A program made the position numbers and the translations under genes. Below, piece after piece: positions 26,414-34,501 of a stretch of 47,458 bases of DNA. The notes under the pieces are model-generated. The model was given only the letters and a program-made list of their open reading frames with translations. It had not been told where the DNA came from and searched no databases. How positions within the stretch are numbered: position 1 is the stretch's first letter; every line of letters begins with the position of its first letter. This stretch comes from Planctomycetales bacterium (GTDB lineage: Bacteria; Planctomycetota; Phycisphaerae; SM23-33): assembly GCA_030592655.1 (NCBI GenBank), contig JAUVIQ010000002.1, forward strand, positions 1 to 47,458, written 5' to 3'.

Positions 26414-26487
26414 GTAATTCGTAATTGGTAATTCGTAATTAGTAACAGAGTGTCGGTTTTTTTTACCAATTACCAATTACCAATTAC
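26414..26487. repeat. Inverted arrays of related heptamers: (GTAATTS)x4 and (TACCAAT)x3
   Basis: gtaattc gtaattg gtaattc gtaatta (26414-26441), then gtaacagagtgtcgg, a T8 run, then taccaat x3 (26464-26484) plus tac. The arrays are partly complementary. They lie between the EpsI-like stop (26484) and the TPR gene start (26397). Confidence 0.9.
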
Positions 26488-27356
26488 TTTTTTTCCAGTC
26501 TTTTTACATCGTCAGGCGCCGCGAGGAACTGAAGGACCTCCGGCAACACGTACCTGATGAACTCCCCGCAGATCGCGTCGCTTTTTTCGACATCCGGTTC
26601 AGGAGCCTGTGTCGCTACCTGGATTTTCGCAAAGTAACAGTACTTCAGGGATAATGCTCCCATATCCCATCGGACCTTTATCCAATCGTGGGCTGGCTCG
26701 CCGTTCATGCTGAAAATGTGATATTGCGATGCCCGTGTAACAGTACCGTCTTTCCGGCGAATCTCGTAGGTGGTGCGGTACACCTTGACGTCCTGCCACT
26801 GATTCCACTTCGGCAACAAAGGTAAGAGGTTCACCGGGACCGGTTTGCACTGATTATAAACAATCGTTCCGCCGCCGGCCACAATACATCGCTCACCAAC
26901 GTGCGGTACCGCCTCAAGCAGACCGGTGTAATAGGTAATATCAAGCCTGATAAATCGACCGACACTCCTCGCTTCGGCGCGCGTATCGCGATAGATGGCC
27001 ATGTAGTACCAGTTCATATCGTGGCGCATGATACCGAGCGTATCCAGATCGTCATCACGCTGTACGAGCAGTCCGTCGGGTTCACCGTCAAGTTCCCTGT
27101 TCCTGGACAGTTCTCCGTCGCCGGCCAGAACGTATGGGCCAATTTTTTCGGGAAAGTTCGTCAGGAAATGGTTGTCAAACTCCGCATTCGCCGGTGGCGG
27201 GACGGGCTTCTTGGCAAAATACTTGCCTATCAGCACGATATTCCACGCAACCGCAGCGAGAAGGAGCATCCCGGCAGCAAGGGCGAAATGTATCCGTCCC
27301 CGCCTGTCATCAGCAGACGACGAAACCTTATCGGTATGATTGGATGGTTCCGTCAC
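26484..27356 (-). CDS. EpsI-like exosortase-associated protein
   Basis: One N-terminal TM helix (IHFALAAGMLLLAAVAWNIVLIG) precedes an extracytoplasmic domain. The start overlaps the exosortase stop as ATGA (27353-27356). The assignment rests mainly on position. Confidence 0.55.
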   Translation of the reverse strand: MTEPSNHTDKVSSSADDRRGRIHFALAAGMLLLAAVAWNIVLIGKYFAKKPVPPPANAEFDNHFLTNFPEKIGPYVLAGDGELSRNRELDGEPDGLLVQRDDDLDTLGIMRHDMNWYYMAIYRDTRAEARSVGRFIRLDITYYTGLLEAVPHVGERCIVAGGGTIVYNQCKPVPVNLLPLLPKWNQWQDVKVYRTTYEIRRKDGTVTRASQYHIFSMNGEPAHDWIKVRWDMGALSLKYCYFAKIQVATQAPEPDVEKSDAICGEFIRYVLPEVLQFLAAPDDVKRLEKK

Positions 27357-28342
27357 GAATCCGCCTCCTCGTGCCTGCCCCCAGGGGGCTCTTCATCCAC
27401 GAAAACACGCTGCAATATCCAGGCGAGCAGCCAAAGCAGACCAAATGCCGGAATCAGCATAACTATTCCCGCAAAGGTGTGCATAAAACCCTGACCCAGT
27501 TCCGGTTTATCGATGTGGTACATCCAGCAGGTAATCGCCACGCGAATGACGTTGCAGAATACGGCAATTGGAACAGCGGCTGCCACCAGAATAAGCCTCT
27601 GCCAAATAGGTTTATAATCAAGATATGCCATTGCAACGCCAAGCGCGCAGAACGCCATAAGCAGGCGCATCCCGCTGCACGCATCTGCCACGGTCAATCC
27701 ATGAGAAACGCCGCTGCGACTGGTAACGTCAAGCGCGCTTGCCTCACTGGAAATCTCCACGCTTAGAACCCTCAGGATTATCACCGCGCCCTCAGCCGCG
27801 ATATTCTGCAACGGTACGGCTATCCGCGAATAGAGTAACTCCGGGATGGGTAAAGCAAACATCAGGAACAATATCGGCAACCAGGTAATTCGGATTATCG
27901 ACCACCCGCCGAGGTACAGCACCAATCCAAAGAGCATGACAACCATGCTCATCTGTGCCAGCCAGTAACTTCCCGGAACCCGCCTAAGGACCACATACAT
28001 CCCCCCGAACAGGCTCAGCAGCATCAGCGCCAGACCCAAACTAGAGATTTTCCTCCTGGCGGCATACAACTCCATCCGGCGAATATAAAACAGGTAGATG
28101 CTGAACAGCGGGATTATAAAGCCGTGGTGCCAATTGGAATCGCTGACCCATTTACGAACCATCACATCCAGAAGTTTGAAGTGCAGCGCCACCAGCAATA
28201 TGGTCAGAACGCCGATTTTTATCAGCGTATCGCGCCCGAAACTATCGCTAAAACCGATAGTTCGGTCAGGCTGGACCATCTCGGCGAGAGCGCCGGACGA
28301 TGCCGGAGTATCTGAACCGGTTTTCCCGGAAGATTTCGTCAT
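27353..28342 (-). CDS. Exosortase (XrtA/EpsH-like)
   Basis: Polytopic membrane protein with SNWHHGFIIPLFSIYLFY, the catalytic-Cys motif VADACSGMRLLMAF, NVIRVAITC and HTFAG. PEP-CTERM substrates are encoded nearby. Confidence 0.85.
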   Translation of the reverse strand: MTKSSGKTGSDTPASSGALAEMVQPDRTIGFSDSFGRDTLIKIGVLTILLVALHFKLLDVMVRKWVSDSNWHHGFIIPLFSIYLFYIRRMELYAARRKISSLGLALMLLSLFGGMYVVLRRVPGSYWLAQMSMVVMLFGLVLYLGGWSIIRITWLPILFLMFALPIPELLYSRIAVPLQNIAAEGAVIILRVLSVEISSEASALDVTSRSGVSHGLTVADACSGMRLLMAFCALGVAMAYLDYKPIWQRLILVAAAVPIAVFCNVIRVAITCWMYHIDKPELGQGFMHTFAGIVMLIPAFGLLWLLAWILQRVFVDEEPPGGRHEEADS

Positions 28343-28466
28343 GGAAGATTAACATCCTCATTGTCGCCGGCACACCTCATTCAAAACCGGACCTGCTTCA
28401 GCCCCGACAAAGGCGAGCGGTGTAGAAACGGGCGATCCGGCGGTTGTTGTCTTGCGCCCGAAGAGG

Positions 28467-30041
28467 TTACCACTGCTTTCTCATCTTACTATTCGGCGCG
28501 ATGAGCGGTATTTCGAATTCATACTCGGAGTAGTTGCGATCATAGATGAATCCGAATCCGTAGGTCATCCGAAACGCGTTTCTCCAGACGGCCAGCGGCG
28601 TCGCCGCCCAATAACTTCCTACGGCGATTACGTCGTTTGGTTTAAGAAAAACGTCGGGCTCCCTACCGTGGAAAATATCCTGAAGTTTCAGCGGGATCGT
28701 CTGCTCCTTATCACGCCCGACTCGCCGGATGAGAATCGAATTATTAGGCCAGGCCAGAGGACCAAGGTTTCCCGCAGCCGCTACCGCCATTTTGGCCGTT
28801 ACACGCCGACCGGTGAGACTGTACACACCGGGGCGGAGCACTTCGCCCATAACATAAAACTCACCGACCTCCAGTGTCGGAATGTGGATGATGTCTTTGT
28901 CGCGGATGATGATGTTCACCGCCGGATCGCCGGCCTTGAGACGAGGAAGGTCGATAGCGATGATACGCGACATCTTCGACATGTCGTATTTGCTCCATCC
29001 GAATATATCTTCTTTGGTCTTTTCGCCTTCTCCCGGTCTTATCTGGTGCGTCTTGTCCGTCGTCGTCGCCGGAACGCTCACCCAACGCCCGTCAGAATAC
29101 ACCCACTTATACATTGCCGCAGCGGGTTTCAGACTGGGGTCTTTGGGTTTGACGGTTCCGTCGGACGGGGCAGTGGCAGGTTCCGAATCGCTTGTTGACG
29201 AGTTTTTATCCGCCGCACCGGCGCTACCGGCTATTGTCCTGGCGAGTTCGTCCAGATTCTCCTTCTTTGTCGCTTTATCATCCGTCGTCGCCGGACTGGT
29301 AGTAGTGGCCGGTTTGACCCCGGACTCGACCGGGGACGAAGGAGCGGTCGGAATCGTCGGTAAAGGAGGAAGTTCCGTCGGTAGCGACGACGGTAACGCC
29401 TGCTTCTCGCCCTTTGCGGGACGATAAATATAAAGCCACGGAATGTTAACCTGGTTAACGTCCCCACACAGCGCCAATGCCTCAAGAAGCGTAAAATCTC
29501 TTCGCAGAATACCGTAGGTTCCCGGACGCATAATCGCGCCCAGAATGCTGAAGACGTTCTGACGCGGGGCCACTACCGTTACCGACACGTTCGGGTCTCT
29601 TAATATATCCGGTTGGTACGCCTCTTTTATCCGCTCGGTCAGCTGGTCCTTGGTCAACCCCGTGGCCTTTACCTTCCCCGCCAATAACAGGTCAACGAAA
29701 CCGCTGTGGCTGACCTGTCTTTCCACGACCGTTTCGAGACCATCCTGTAGCAGGTCCAGCACGGAGATACGCAATACGTCTGTCGGACCTATAACGTAAT
29801 CTTCCTCGACGTATTGCAGGTCCGCCGGCATCGGGGGGGCTGCGTTGGGAACCATCTCCGTGGTCAGGTCGGTCGGACCGACCTGGGTGAAGATCGGATT
29901 GATCATTCCCTGCTTGGGCGCTTTGATCGACTTGCTCTGATCAAACCTGTTCCACCATCCCATTTCATTATCGCAGCCCTGCATAAACACCGCTGCAACC
30001 ATCAACAATAAAACGACAATCGACAACCTTGCGTTACCCAC
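28467..30041 (-). CDS. Polysaccharide export protein (Wza/OPX-like) with a Pro/Thr/Ser-rich insert
   Basis: GTG start with a lipobox-like VFMQGC. The Poly_export-like motif is YVIGPTDVLRISV, and SLBB-like segments include GEFYVMGEVLRPGVY. A low-complexity region spans LPPLPTIPTAPSSPVESGVKPATTTSPATT. Confidence 0.8.
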   Translation of the reverse strand: MGNARLSIVVLLLMVAAVFMQGCDNEMGWWNRFDQSKSIKAPKQGMINPIFTQVGPTDLTTEMVPNAAPPMPADLQYVEEDYVIGPTDVLRISVLDLLQDGLETVVERQVSHSGFVDLLLAGKVKATGLTKDQLTERIKEAYQPDILRDPNVSVTVVAPRQNVFSILGAIMRPGTYGILRRDFTLLEALALCGDVNQVNIPWLYIYRPAKGEKQALPSSLPTELPPLPTIPTAPSSPVESGVKPATTTSPATTDDKATKKENLDELARTIAGSAGAADKNSSTSDSEPATAPSDGTVKPKDPSLKPAAAMYKWVYSDGRWVSVPATTTDKTHQIRPGEGEKTKEDIFGWSKYDMSKMSRIIAIDLPRLKAGDPAVNIIIRDKDIIHIPTLEVGEFYVMGEVLRPGVYSLTGRRVTAKMAVAAAGNLGPLAWPNNSILIRRVGRDKEQTIPLKLQDIFHGREPDVFLKPNDVIAVGSYWAATPLAVWRNAFRMTYGFGFIYDRNYSEYEFEIPLIAPNSKMRKQW

Positions 30042-30519
30042 TTGCCTGACCTTTCAAATCGCATGTGCGTTTTTCGTTCCGCGCTCAACATCCATGACGC
30101 GAAACCGACACACTGCCGGGTTTCTTATTCCAGTCCACTCCATTATCATTCAGATACACCCCGCTTCCAAACACCTGCCTGCCAACAGGCAGACCGAATC
30201 GGCGATATTAGCATAGAAAGACATTCCATTGTCAAGAAGAACATGTCCCGTTCCTTACGGTATTTATGGTAGAGACCCACCTGCCGACAGGCAGACCTGA
30301 TAGGAATATCGGCTGGACTACTGCATATCTTGTGTTTAATACGTCCAAACGCCCCCCTTCAGCCAAGTTACGCGTGCCTTACTGCTTCGTTGGTTATGCG
30401 GCATGACCAATGTCGCGTCGTCTATTTCAACGTTACGGGGTAAAGCCGGCAGATAGCTATCCGTCGGTTTTGGTGTCCACTGCGCCCTATGCCCTACCGA
30501 ATTTTACCCATTTTTTTCC

Positions 30520-30895
30520 TTGACAGAATCGTAAAACGTGATATACTTAACAGTTGCTCTAGCCTGCTTAGGGAGCGGCAGAGCTGTTCACCTCATCGGA
30601 GCAGGATGCGGATCTCGCTCGTCCGAACCTGCTCAGGCCGCCAGGCCAAGTTCCCACGTCTTATGAAGAGTGTTTTGCCTATACAGGCATTCGCCGGAGG
30701 ATACCGGAGATTGATTTTTCGTGTCGGCAGGCGAGGTCGTCTGGGTGGAGATAAACGCCCGCCCGTCAGTAAGGTCGCCCCATTCGCCGACAGGGCAAAT
30801 ACGTTAAAACCGGTGCGACGACGGAGGTTACAGCCCGCCGGAAACACCTCAGAGAGCCCGAAGGAGACGATGGAGACGAATGGAAGAAATAAGCG
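30520..30895 (+). promoter_or_regulatory. Promoter plus conserved long 5' leader (copy A), candidate cis-regulatory RNA
   Basis: TTGACA (30520-30525), a 16-nt spacer, then TATACT (30542-30547). The next roughly 340 nt share long identical blocks with copy B (ggagcaggatgcggat, ttttcgtgtcgg, ggagataaacgcccgc, gtgcgacgacggaggt). Predicted stems keep pairing between copies. Confidence 0.5.
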
Positions 30896-30940
30896 TTTTT
30901 TGGGAAAATAGTGAGCCTTTATAAAAGCAGGAGAATAACA

Positions 30941-32251
30941 ATGAGACACAAACGAATTGCGACATTCTTGGTTGTTGGTATGATTCTTGTCACTTGGTCA
31001 TTGCTGGCTGCACCGGTTTGGGCCCAGCAGCAGCAGTACGATGTGTACAAAAATGTCCCTGATGTGGACAAGCCAGATCGGGACGCTAACGGGATTTGGC
31101 CCGATCCCGGCGATATGAGTTGCTGGCAGGCAACGGCGGCGAACCTTCTGGGCGGGGCAGGATGGGGTCTCGCGGCCAACACTCCTCAGCAAAATGCCGA
31201 TGCCATCTATGGTCACATGAACACCCACTTCGGTTGGGCCAATTCGGGCAAACCCGAAATTGCGATCAACTGGTGGCTCTACAATTATGGTTACAATTCC
31301 GACCAAGCCGGAAGCGGATGGTATCAACCGACGAAGACCTATAACGACGTAACCGTCATCAACCGAACGCTGTGCAGTTTCGATTATGACTTTCTGCTGG
31401 ATGAACTGGAACGGTGCCAGTACGTCGGCGTCAGTTGGGAGTTCTTTGATCCTGTTCTTGATGTAGGGTTCGCTCACTGTCTGACACTAATTGGCGGAAA
31501 CCACGTCGGAAACCCAAACGCCCGTCCGACAGGTAATGTTTCCCTCTGGCACGACTCCGACAGAGATGTTGGCAACGGCGTCCTTGACCCTGTCAACGAC
31601 GATCAATACACCAACACCTTTGACTTGGTACCACCGGCAGCACTCCCGCACTGGCATATCAATTACACTGCTGCGGTACCGCAAAACTGGGCGCTTGGAT
31701 ACGTAACACTGTGTCCGGGCGAGCAGAAACCGGCATCGGCCTTGGAAAATTACGACGCAGCCTGGCACCGTGACTACAACGCAGCCGGGAGCGAAATTCA
31801 GGTCTGGCGGACAGCCGGCGCCAACAAGAACTGGGGCGATCCCACCTGGGACCCGGACGCCACCGGCGATTATACCACCCTGGAGATCCCCAACGAGGAA
31901 ATCGAGAAGATGTTCAAAATGGTGTACCTGCTGGTTGATTTCAAGGATCGGTTATACGACCCTGCCGACCCCGATGGAGCGCCGGATATCAAACTTGAGG
32001 ACGACGGAGGCAACGAGGTACTCGATCTGATTATCACAATCAGCGCCGACGGTGGACAAATTCTGTACGAATGGAAAATGGACGACCAGCCTCCCTTCGA
32101 ACGGATCATCTTCCCGAACACCGACTACTACTACCTCACCGGCGACATAAAGGACTTTAATATCGCCACAGAGTGTGTCCCCGAACCGGCAACAATGGGC
32201 CTGCTGGTTCTGGGCGGCATAGGCCTGCTCATCCGCAGGAAAAGAAACTGA
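30941..32251 (+). CDS. PEP-CTERM-anchored secreted protein, possible papain-fold (C39/C1-like) peptidase
   Basis: I trimmed the start to ATG 30941 (AGGAGA upstream). The signal peptide ends AAPVWAQ. The C-terminus VPEPATMGLLVLGGIGLLIRRKRN is a PEP-CTERM sorting signal. SCWQATAANLL (C61) and GFAHCLTLIGG (H179) weakly resemble Cys/His peptidase motifs. Confidence 0.85.
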   Translation: MRHKRIATFLVVGMILVTWSLLAAPVWAQQQQYDVYKNVPDVDKPDRDANGIWPDPGDMSCWQATAANLLGGAGWGLAANTPQQNADAIYGHMNTHFGWANSGKPEIAINWWLYNYGYNSDQAGSGWYQPTKTYNDVTVINRTLCSFDYDFLLDELERCQYVGVSWEFFDPVLDVGFAHCLTLIGGNHVGNPNARPTGNVSLWHDSDRDVGNGVLDPVNDDQYTNTFDLVPPAALPHWHINYTAAVPQNWALGYVTLCPGEQKPASALENYDAAWHRDYNAAGSEIQVWRTAGANKNWGDPTWDPDATGDYTTLEIPNEEIEKMFKMVYLLVDFKDRLYDPADPDGAPDIKLEDDGGNEVLDLIITISADGGQILYEWKMDDQPPFERIIFPNTDYYYLTGDIKDFNIATECVPEPATMGLLVLGGIGLLIRRKRN

Positions 32252-32342
32252 ACATTAGAAGAATACGGCATAATCAGGCCGCTCGTTGCGGACCTGGCAG
32301 GTTACGCCGGAAAAGACAAGTAAAGATAGAGGAGTACGAAAA

Positions 32343-32996
32343 ATGAAAAAGACACTGATGCTCATTGCGGTTTTGGCGTTTGCAGCCGCACCCGTCATGG
32401 CCGAGGACATCTGGGATCCGCCGTGGGAAGAGAATCCGACCGATCCGCAATGGGAAGGCGGCGTTACCACCTACCAGCGCTGGGAGTTCGGCGAGAACCA
32501 GTACGAACCGGTAGAGATGGACAATAATTTCGGCGGCGCATCCGTCGAGTTCATCAACGGGGACTATCCCGCCTGGGTCGAAGGCTGGGACGGCACCGGC
32601 GCTGAAATCTGCACCTGGCACATCGGTGCGGATGATGTGAACGGCGGCGGAATCGACATCACCGTCTATAACAACCCCGAGCCGAACAAACGGAAGGTTA
32701 TCTTCCTCCAGGTAACTTCGGACAATACGTGGGATGCGAACGGGCCTACGAGTGATCCCCCCGGAACGACAACCTATCCCCACCCACAGAGTGGCATCGG
32801 CGGTGAGTGGTATGTGTACACCGCGCAGATCGATATTCCGATCAATCCTGAGAAAGAGGTCATCCACATCGACTTCCCGTATTGCACGAATATCGCGGAG
32901 ATCGTGGTTCATACGATCTGCGTTCCCGAACCGGCGACGATGAGCCTGCTGGTATTGGGCGGAATCGGCGCGATCCTGCGACGCAGGAAGAAATAA
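32343..32996 (+). CDS. PEP-CTERM-anchored secreted protein
   Basis: I trimmed the start to ATG 32343 (GAGGAG upstream). The signal peptide is MKKTLMLIAVLAFAAAPVMA. The C-terminus is VPEPATMSLLVLGGIGAILRRRKK. Confidence 0.85.
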   Translation: MKKTLMLIAVLAFAAAPVMAEDIWDPPWEENPTDPQWEGGVTTYQRWEFGENQYEPVEMDNNFGGASVEFINGDYPAWVEGWDGTGAEICTWHIGADDVNGGGIDITVYNNPEPNKRKVIFLQVTSDNTWDANGPTSDPPGTTTYPHPQSGIGGEWYVYTAQIDIPINPEKEVIHIDFPYCTNIAEIVVHTICVPEPATMSLLVLGGIGAILRRRKK

Positions 32997-33075
32997 AAAT
33001 ATAAACGGTACACAAAATGAGTTCGCTCGCAGCGGCCTCAAGAGATGTTCTGTACAAATAGAAAGGAGTAAGAAG

Positions 33076-33729
33076 ATGAGGAGTGAAGTAAAGATTTTAG
33101 TAATTATGGCCGCCTTCGGTCTGTTGCTGATTACCGCGGAGGCGACAGCAATTGTCGAGCCTGGTGGTCCGATCACCGACACCTTCTGGGTTGAGGTTGA
33201 CGCAGACGGTGCAGCTATCGGTGGCGGTAGCGGCTACGACGCCGACGGCGACGGTGAGGGCGAGTGGTATCACTACCCGAATACCGGGTGGTGGAACGAG
33301 TGGTTCTACGACCATCCCTTCGACCCGGAGCGATGGAAAAAGATTGATATTTCCTTCAACATCGTTCCGCTCGATCCGGCGCTGGACAGTTATGCCGAGG
33401 TTACGTATAACTGGTCAACGCCGCTCTATCCGGCGAACCCCGACCAGCCGCCTCTTCCGGAGGGTCTGACGCCCGAACTGGAAGCTGACTGGATCGTGCG
33501 CGATGAACCGTACATCTTCGAGGGCGAAGTCCCCGTAGATGGTGCTTGCGTCACCGACTCTATCGATATTCTGGAATACAACCCGGAATGGATATCGGTC
33601 GATATTCAAGGATACAACTTCGAGATCACCTGCGGGTGCATCACTCACGAGTGCATCCCCGAGCCGGCGACGATGAGCCTGCTGGTTCTGGGCGGAATCG
33701 GCATGCTGGTGAGACGACGCCGGAAATAA
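33076..33729 (+). CDS. PEP-CTERM-anchored secreted protein
   Basis: The signal peptide is MRSEVKILVIMAAFGLLLITAEA. The C-terminus is IPEPATMSLLVLGGIGMLVRRRRK. Confidence 0.85.
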   Translation: MRSEVKILVIMAAFGLLLITAEATAIVEPGGPITDTFWVEVDADGAAIGGGSGYDADGDGEGEWYHYPNTGWWNEWFYDHPFDPERWKKIDISFNIVPLDPALDSYAEVTYNWSTPLYPANPDQPPLPEGLTPELEADWIVRDEPYIFEGEVPVDGACVTDSIDILEYNPEWISVDIQGYNFEITCGCITHECIPEPATMSLLVLGGIGMLVRRRRK

Positions 33730-33743
33730 GTTGCAAACAAAAT

Positions 33744-33775
33744 CCTGCCCTACCCTGTGGGGCGGGTTTGGTTTT
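33744..33775 (+). terminator. Rho-independent terminator
   Basis: cctgcccta / tggggcggg forms a 9-bp stem with two G.U pairs and a 5-nt loop, followed by tttggtttt. Confidence 0.6.
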
Positions 33776-33777
33776 CA

Positions 33778-33814
33778 CCATTGTCCGGTGTCCTGACCGG
33801 ACACCGGACAATGG
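33778..33814. repeat. Perfect 16-bp hairpin built from tandem heptamers (TGTCCGG)2 / (CCGGACA)2
   Basis: ccattgtccggtgtcc (33778-33793), loop tgacc, ggacaccggacaatgg (33799-33814). Confidence 0.85.
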
Positions 33815-33864
33815 GTTTATACCGTGAACACAACGGGCACGCCTTCTTTTCACCGTTTTTTTCC

Positions 33865-34260
33865 TTGACAAAACCGCAAAACGCGGTACACTCATTATTG
33901 TTCCAACTCTCAGAATCGAACTCTCATTCAGAGAGCAACGGAGTTCATTTGTCTCGAATTGGAGCAGGATGCGGATATCGCTCGTTCGACCTGCTCGGAC
34001 CGTCAAGTCGGGTTCCCGCGTCTTGCAAGGAGTGCTTATTTGCTTGTCCAGGCATTTGCCGAGAAACATCGGAGAATGATTTTTTCGTGTCGGTAGGCAA
34101 AGTGGTCTGGGCGGAGATAAACGCCCGCTCATCAGTGAAACCGCTCAATCGGCCCGACAGGACAAATACGCTAAACCAGTGCGACGACGGAGGTCATAAC
34201 CCGTCGAAAACACCCCGTGAAACCCAAAGGAGACAATAGAGACAAAAGGAAAAATGGACG
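33865..34260 (+). promoter_or_regulatory. Promoter plus conserved long 5' leader (copy B)
   Basis: TTGACA (33865-33870), a 16-nt spacer, then TACACT (33887-33892). The leader is paralogous to copy A (see that entry). Confidence 0.5.
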
Positions 34261-34319
34261 TTTACCGTAAGAAACAGGGGTATTGGAATGAACAGGAGGA
34301 TGCCCCCGACTTGTTCTGA

Positions 34320-34415
34320 TTGCAGAGCGATTACGCTGCAAATGTTCCCGAACCGTTCACAATGACGCTGCTGGTGCTCGGTTCGGCCGGCTTAATCCTC
34401 CGCCGGAAAAGATAA
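34320..34415 (+). pseudogene. Remnant of a PEP-CTERM gene (C-terminal sorting signal only)
   Basis: The frame opens after TGA at 34317-34319 and reads LQSDYAANVPEPFTMTLLVLGSAGLILRRKR*. That is a complete PEP-CTERM tag with no mature domain and no ATG. Confidence 0.5.
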
Positions 34416-34501
34416 AGAGAGGCGAAGCTATAGAGAGTTGGTTTTATCGGAATTTGGAAACAATTAACGAACAGGAAAACATTTCAGAAAAGGAGCAAAA
34501 A

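Noticed and set aside
26398-26469. N-terminal extensions suggested by the ORF track (TPR gene from 26469, NodB-like gene from 38810, htrA from 2978, pseudopilin from 18877)
   Set aside because: The extensions translate repeat arrays, palindromes or leader sequence and lack an RBS. Internal ATGs with Shine-Dalgarno-like sequences and signal-peptide-like N-termini fit better.
26414-26487. Heptamer/octamer tandem arrays as CRISPR arrays
   Set aside because: The units are 6-10 nt with no unique spacers between them. There are only 2-5 copies and no cas genes.
30785-30840. Possible c-di-GMP-I (GEMM-I) riboswitch, because ACAGGGCAAA matches a stretch of the Vc2 aptamer as I remember it
   Set aside because: The rest of the GEMM-I consensus (GNRA tetraloop/receptor, ACGCAAAGC core) is not evident. 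Copy B also has ACAGGACAAA at the same place. The resemblance is too short to support a call.
30489-30949. ORFs overlapping leader copy A (30489..30911 +, 30593..30949 -) and the equivalent ORFs over copy B (33757..34239 +, 33641..34132 -)
   Set aside because: Indels between the two copies shift the frame of the + strand ORFs, and the peptides are Arg/Pro/Cys-rich nonsense. The minus-strand peptides share only the short stretches expected from nucleotide identity, and the copy B ORF runs through terminator hairpins into the neighbouring gene. Strong + strand promoters precede both copies. I therefore treat the elements as non-coding.
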